Shown here one piece after another: positions 59,148-64,000 of a stretch of 64,000 nucleotides of DNA (position 1 is the first letter of the stretch; every line of letters starts with the position of its first letter). Both the position numbers and the translations under genes were made by a program. Below the pieces are notes generated by a model that was given only the letters and a program-made list of their open reading frames with translations, was not told the DNA's origin and made no database searches. The stretch comes from an uncultured Planctomycetaceae bacterium (GTDB lineage Bacteria > Planctomycetota > Planctomycetia > Isosphaerales > Isosphaeraceae): positions 2,336,001 through 2,400,000 of the forward strand of contig CAWIAD010000002.1 in the NCBI GenBank assembly GCA_963833985.1, given 5' to 3'.

Positions 59148-60140
59148 TTGGTTCCCGCCGAGGCCACGACGTCTGATGAGCGGCATTCCCGTGCCCCTGA
59201 GACCAAGACCCACTCCGCGCCGCATGTATCGCCAGGGACGCCGGGCGCTCCTCCAGGCCTGCGCCCGATGCGCAATCGGATTCCGCCTCTGGTGCCCTAT
59301 CGCAGGGGCGAAATTCATGTCGTTCGGGAGACCGCCCTGGGTGATGTGCTGCTGGCCACGCCGGCCTTGCGGCGGGTCAAGGAGTCTCAATCCCCGGTGC
59401 CGCGTCTTCTTCTACACGCACCTGACAAGCCTGGTCCGGCGCTGCCGTTCATCGATCATGTGCTGCCGGTCGACCAGGCTCCTCCGCGCAAGAGCATCTA
59501 TCTGCGCTATGAGAACCTCGTTCCGGTACGGCGGCATATCTCGGAGATCTTCGGCGAGATGCTCGGGGTCGACGTTGCGGATCACCATCCCTCATGTGCG
59601 GTGGATCAGGAGCGTTGCGAGCAGTACCGTCGCGCATGGAGCGCCTGGCCGCATCCATGGATCGTCCTGAATCGCCAGGCCGGGCCATGGACGCCCAACA
59701 AGTCCTGGCCGCAGTCCCACTGGGAGGAGCTGATCGCTAGACTCGGGCGGTGGGCGACGGTCATCGAGACCGGCACGGGCTCGTCACAAGCCGGAACGCG
59801 CGAGAATGGCCGCTATCTCGACCTGGTCGGCAAGCTGACGCTGGAAGAACTGGCAGCGGTGCTTGCCGTGGCCGACCTGCACGTCGGGCCGATCAGCGGG
59901 CCCGTTCATCTGGCGGCGGCCTTTCGTACGCCCGCCGTCATCGTCTATGGAGGGTACGAGGAACCTTCGTGCTCGTCGTACCCCGGGAATATCAACCTCT
60001 ACTCATCCGTACCCTGCGCACCGTGCTGGCTGAAGGAGATGTGCCCATTCGGGCAGCCGTGTCTGCATCAGATCACGCCCGAGCAGGTGGAAGACGCGCT
60101 GAACCGGCTGTGGCGGGCTGGTCACGCCCGTCAGGATTAA
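59148..60140 (+). CDS. Glycosyltransferase family 9 (heptosyltransferase-like); short internal out-of-frame stretch about 59385-59436
   Basis: ALGDVLLATPALRRVK, KSWP, DLVGKLTLEE, SGPVHLAAAFRTP, CAPC...C...C; alternate frame supplies LNPRCRVFFYT. Confidence 0.88.
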   Translation: MVPAEATTSDERHSRAPETKTHSAPHVSPGTPGAPPGLRPMRNRIPPLVPYRRGEIHVVRETALGDVLLATPALRRVKESQSPVPRLLLHAPDKPGPALPFIDHVLPVDQAPPRKSIYLRYENLVPVRRHISEIFGEMLGVDVADHHPSCAVDQERCEQYRRAWSAWPHPWIVLNRQAGPWTPNKSWPQSHWEELIARLGRWATVIETGTGSSQAGTRENGRYLDLVGKLTLEELAAVLAVADLHVGPISGPVHLAAAFRTPAVIVYGGYEEPSCSSYPGNINLYSSVPCAPCWLKEMCPFGQPCLHQITPEQVEDALNRLWRAGHARQD

Positions 60141-60276
60141 AAAAATCCAGGTCACCTGGCCCGGTCCAGGGATTTTGACCTATTCTTCAGAACAGCGGGG
60201 AAGTGTACTGAGCCGGGAGCCGCCGTTGACTGAATGCAACACAAGCGAGGCCAGGTCAGCATGGTCTCAGATCGCC

Positions 60277-60306
60277 TTGTAAGCGACGCGACCGTTCCGG
60301 TATAGT
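60277..60306 (+). promoter_or_regulatory. Possible sigma70 promoter of wzm-wzt operon
   Basis: TTGTAA - 18 bp - TATAGT in intergenic DNA 230 nt upstream of wzm. Confidence 0.4.
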
Positions 60307-60535
60307 CGCAAACCGAGTTCAATAGGATCGGCTGGCGATGGACCACCGTTCGGTTCGGCCCGTGTCTCCCGATTCGGCTGTCTCCGCGGCCGCTTCTCGT
60401 GGGACGTCTGGCTTCACGCAGCAACCTGCGACTCTACCTCGTCGTTCTTCAACTAACCGGCCGGGGTCTGATACGTTTTACGATTTGACCCGGCTCTCGC
60501 CTTGAAAACTTCTCCTGATAAGACTCCTTGCCAAC

Positions 60536-61387
60536 ATGTCAGACACTGCAACGATCAGCGATTTGCCGTTTGTCCGCATCCGCGCCAGCGAGCCGGGCTC
60601 ACTCATCGACTTGCCGGAGCTCTTGCGTTTCCGGGATCTGCTCTGGACGCTGGCCGAGCGTGACCTTCGAGTCCGCTACAAACAGACGGTCCTGGGTGTG
60701 ATCTGGGTGGTGCTCCAGCCGCTCATGGCCGCGTTGATCTTCGCGTTCGTCTTCGGCTTCATTGCCGGCCTGCCGAGCGATGGCGAGCCTTACCTGATCT
60801 TTGCGTTCTCGGGGATGACGGCCTGGAGCGCTTTCTCGAACGTGCTGACGCGCATGAGCGCCTCGCTCCTGAGCAACGGTTCCATGCTTTCCAAGATCTA
60901 CTTTCCCAGGTTGGTCCTGCCGCTCTCCTCCGTGATCGCGGCCCTGGTCGACTCGTCATTCTCGCTGGGCCTGATGTTCATCTTGATGGTGATCTATCGC
61001 GTGCCTCCGGGATGGGGAATCATCTTCCTGCCGGTCTGGTTGGTGATCCTGGTGCTGCTGGCTCTCGGCCTGGGTCTGATGACGTCCTCCTGGATGGTGC
61101 GTTACAGGGACGTGGGTCATATCATCCCCGTCGTGCTCCAGCTTGGCCTGTTCATCAGCCCGGTCGCCTGGCCCATGACCAACCCCAAGCTCAGTGCCAG
61201 GTTCTTGACGATTCTCCGGCTGAATCCGATCTCCAGCCTGCTCGAGGCGTTCCGCTGGTCGCTCTTCGGCCATGGTGCTCCGCCTCTGGGTGCCCTGGTG
61301 TACGCGACCGTGGTGGCGATCGTCGTGTTCTGGGCAGGGATGATGGTCTTCAAGCAACAGGAGCGCAGCTTCGCCGATGTCATCTAA
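60536..61387 (+). CDS. wzm: Polysaccharide ABC exporter permease
   Basis: RDLRVRYKQTVLGVIWVVLQPL, KIYFPR, YRDV, LNP, FADVI. Confidence 0.95.
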   Translation: MSDTATISDLPFVRIRASEPGSLIDLPELLRFRDLLWTLAERDLRVRYKQTVLGVIWVVLQPLMAALIFAFVFGFIAGLPSDGEPYLIFAFSGMTAWSAFSNVLTRMSASLLSNGSMLSKIYFPRLVLPLSSVIAALVDSSFSLGLMFILMVIYRVPPGWGIIFLPVWLVILVLLALGLGLMTSSWMVRYRDVGHIIPVVLQLGLFISPVAWPMTNPKLSARFLTILRLNPISSLLEAFRWSLFGHGAPPLGALVYATVVAIVVFWAGMMVFKQQERSFADVI

Positions 61388-62681
61388 GCCGCTTGCCGTC
61401 TCGGTTCGAGGGTTGAGCAAGTCGTATGTGATCGCCCATAACCCGAACCGGCCGACGAACCTCAGAGAAGCGATCGTGGACCGGATCCGGCATCCGCTGG
61501 GCCATGACGGGCAAGAACATGAGATGTTCTGGGCGCTCAAGGGGCTGGATTTCGAGATCCGCCCCGGTGAGATCGTCGGCATCATCGGCCGCAACGGGGC
61601 CGGCAAGAGCACGCTCCTGAAGATTCTCTCGAGGATCACCTGGCCCACGACCGGCGAGATCGACATCCACGGCCGCGTCTCCAGCCTGCTGGAAGTGGGC
61701 ACTGGCTTTCATCCCGAGCTCACCGGGCGCGAGAACATTTTCCTGAACGGCAGCATCCTGGGGATGAGTCGCAGGGAGATCAAACAGAAGTTCGACGAGA
61801 TTGTTGATTTCGCCGGAGTCGAGAAGTTTCTCGACACACCGGTGAAGCGTTATAGCAGTGGCATGTACGTGCGGCTGGCCTTCGCGGTTGCGGCCAATCT
61901 CGAGCCGGAGATCCTCATCGTCGACGAGGTGCTGGCCGTCGGCGACGCTCAGTTCCAGCAGAAGTGCCTGGGCAAGATGCAGGACGTTTCGCGGCAATCG
62001 GGGCGAACGATTCTTTTTGTCAGCCATAACGCCAACGCCATCCTCCAGCTCTGTAACCGGGCCATCCTGCTGCAACAAGGAAAGGTCGTGATGGATGGCC
62101 CGCCCGACGAAGTCATGAAGTCTTACGTGGCCGAGCCTGACACCGGCAGCACCGTTGATCTGCGGGACCACCCCAACCGCGATCCTTCATTGACCCCCAC
62201 ATTTCAGCAACTCGTGCTCTGCGACATCGCCGATAATCCCACGGCGCTGTTCAGCCCCGGCGACACGGTGCAGTTGAAGGTTTCATTGAAGCTGAAGCAC
62301 CGTGCAGTGAAACCGATCTTCAACTGTGCCCTGCATAACTGGCGCGGCGAGCGGCTGTTCGCGGTGACAACCTATCTGGGCCAGTCCAGGATCGAGTACC
62401 TGGAAGGCGAATGTCTCATCGTGGGCCGATTCGAGTTGCCGAACCTGGTGCCTGGAAACTACAAGTTACATATCTCTTATTGCGAATCGAACGATCGCTT
62501 TGTCGACAGGATCCAGAATGTGGCAACCCTGGCCGTGGCGCCGAGCGACTACCTGGGTGTAACCCACCCCTTCTTCGCGGAGATGGGGTCGATCATGGTA
62601 CGTTCCGAATGGGAGGGGTTCAATCAGCCCGCGCTGGCATCCACGGTCAGTGACGGCAGTAATGAAGCCGGCTATGGTTGA
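61377..62681 (+). CDS. wzt: Polysaccharide ABC exporter ATPase with C-terminal carbohydrate-binding module
   Basis: GRNGAGKST, GFHPELTGREN, YSSGM, DEVLAVGD, VSH; ~180-aa beta-rich Wzt_C-like tail; overlaps wzm stop. Confidence 0.95.
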   Translation: MSSKPLAVSVRGLSKSYVIAHNPNRPTNLREAIVDRIRHPLGHDGQEHEMFWALKGLDFEIRPGEIVGIIGRNGAGKSTLLKILSRITWPTTGEIDIHGRVSSLLEVGTGFHPELTGRENIFLNGSILGMSRREIKQKFDEIVDFAGVEKFLDTPVKRYSSGMYVRLAFAVAANLEPEILIVDEVLAVGDAQFQQKCLGKMQDVSRQSGRTILFVSHNANAILQLCNRAILLQQGKVVMDGPPDEVMKSYVAEPDTGSTVDLRDHPNRDPSLTPTFQQLVLCDIADNPTALFSPGDTVQLKVSLKLKHRAVKPIFNCALHNWRGERLFAVTTYLGQSRIEYLEGECLIVGRFELPNLVPGNYKLHISYCESNDRFVDRIQNVATLAVAPSDYLGVTHPFFAEMGSIMVRSEWEGFNQPALASTVSDGSNEAGYG

Positions 62682-62904
62682 TCCGGTCGCCTACGGCTGA
62701 CAATCCTCATCTCACAGGCGCGGTCTCGTCGAGTTGCGGCCGGACCGTTTCGCCAGGGTGGCTCGTAAGCGAGCGGCGTGGCTCACCAAGGAACAACTGG
62801 ATCAGCGCTTGTGGCGCTTGTTTCACCAGGCGCGAGACAAGTAGAGCAAACGAGAATCACGACGTTTTTCGCTCAGACTGTTGGCTCAAACCGCTCCGGG
62901 AATG

Positions 62905-63804
62905 CCGCTCATGCAGCTCGTTGTTCTGGGGATGCACCGATCTGGCAGCTCGATGCTGACTCGTCTGATCAACCTGATGGGCGCGTACTTCGGCTCTGAG
63001 GACGCGTCGCTGGGTTTCGACGATGCCAATCCGAAAGGTTACTGGGAGCGGAAGGACGTCCTCTGGGCGAACGAAGCAATCCTGCAATGGCATGGCTGCA
63101 CATGGGACTGCGTTGCAGATTGGAACTTCGAGCAGACTCGCGACTTGCCGGCGGAAGTGCTCCACCGCATGCGGTCCATCATTCTGGGAATGGACGGGTT
63201 CCGGCCCTGGGTGATGAAGGACCCGAGGATGTGTTTGACGTTGCCTTGCTGGAGGCCGCTGCTCGAGGTGCCGGTGGCCGTGCTGTTGCACCGGGACCCG
63301 CTGGAGATCGCCAACTCCTTGAAGCGTCGAGGAACCCCCCTGGCGTACAGTCTCTCGCTCTGGGAGTACTATGCAATCGGGGCATTGAACGCGACCCGAG
63401 ATCTCCCGCGTGTTTTTGTCCGTCATGACAGATTGATCGCGCAACCGGTAGAGACCGTCGCGCGTCTGCTGAGCGACCTCGAGATGTTGGGCATGGGCGT
63501 GCGTGGGCTGAGTATGCCCTCAGAGCAGGAGATCAAGGCATTCGTTGATCCGCGCTTGAACCGGGCCAGAGCGAACGGAGATATGTGCGTGCAGCAGCTC
63601 ACGCCCTGGCACGAGGAGATTGTCGCCATGTTGAGCGGTGAGCGCGCTCAAGAACGCGTGCTCAGCGTATCTCCCGCATCCGTGGAGGCGATCGCCGAGG
63701 TGAAGGCCGCCGTGGCGGAGCCGGAGGAGGCCGAGCAGGTTCAGCCATTGAAAACCACCCTTATCGCGCGGATCACCGGCCTCCTGAGTACGAAAAGCTC
63801 TTGA
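62905..63804 (+). CDS. Sulfotransferase-family P-loop protein (COG3551-like)
   Basis: VVLGMHRSGSS, NPKGYWE, KDPR, RDPLEIANSL; start uncertain (62881-62911). Confidence 0.85.
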   Translation, partial: PLMQLVVLGMHRSGSSMLTRLINLMGAYFGSEDASLGFDDANPKGYWERKDVLWANEAILQWHGCTWDCVADWNFEQTRDLPAEVLHRMRSIILGMDGFRPWVMKDPRMCLTLPCWRPLLEVPVAVLLHRDPLEIANSLKRRGTPLAYSLSLWEYYAIGALNATRDLPRVFVRHDRLIAQPVETVARLLSDLEMLGMGVRGLSMPSEQEIKAFVDPRLNRARANGDMCVQQLTPWHEEIVAMLSGERAQERVLSVSPASVEAIAEVKAAVAEPEEAEQVQPLKTTLIARITGLLSTKSS

Positions 63805-64000
63805 GAGCCGAACTTCCTGGCAGACGCCACCAGTGCATTCCCGTAGTTTCCCCTGCTCGAACTCGCTGAATTGCCTGGCGGATCGCCGTCGAGTTCCGGA
63901 TTCCAGATGATCCAGTACCGCACAAAGCTTCATCGCCTGCTCTCCCTGGCCCCGCGCATCCGGCTATCACTACAACGCAGGGGGCTGCGGGCGCTGGCCC

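Noticed and set aside
2680..59440. Programmed ribosomal frameshifting or genome-wide pseudogenisation
   Set aside because: No slippery heptamers at the sites, no further decay in the genes, and conserved genes such as hrpB and the PVC small basic protein are affected; sequencing error is more parsimonious
60141..60182. Hairpin after GT9 (CCTGG/CCAGG with alternative outer pairings) as a regulatory switch
   Set aside because: Short GC stems are common by chance; at most a weak terminator

Overview
GC-rich bacterial chromosome segment, almost certainly from a planctomycete (Isosphaeraceae-like). Supporting signs are the PVC-superphylum small basic protein, LEPR-XLL-type secreted proteins, several kinase-associated ECF sigma factors and Ser/Thr kinases with TPR domains. 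The window holds about 45 protein genes, one tRNA-Thr(CGT) and an unannotated ~250-nt highly base-paired RNA (6S-like) behind a near-consensus sigma70 promoter. About 18 one- or two-base frameshifts interrupt otherwise intact genes, including conserved ones, so most are probably read or assembly indels rather than pseudogenes. The most notable region is 7.9-22.9 kb, a back-to-back pair of ECF sigma + Ser/Thr kinase modules, each followed by secreted cargo. The leftward sigma appears to carry a duplicated sigma4 domain, and its ZAS-fused kinase has altered catalytic motifs. The rightward module precedes two paralogous ~1200-aa surface proteins with concertedly evolving 489/501-bp tandem repeats and a gene-converted 3' end. 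Two glycan loci flank the window: flippase-GT4-YfhO on the left and GT9-Wzm-Wzt(CBM)-sulfotransferase on the right. No integrase, transposase, CRISPR array or rRNA was seen. All family assignments come from motif recognition by eye, not database searches.
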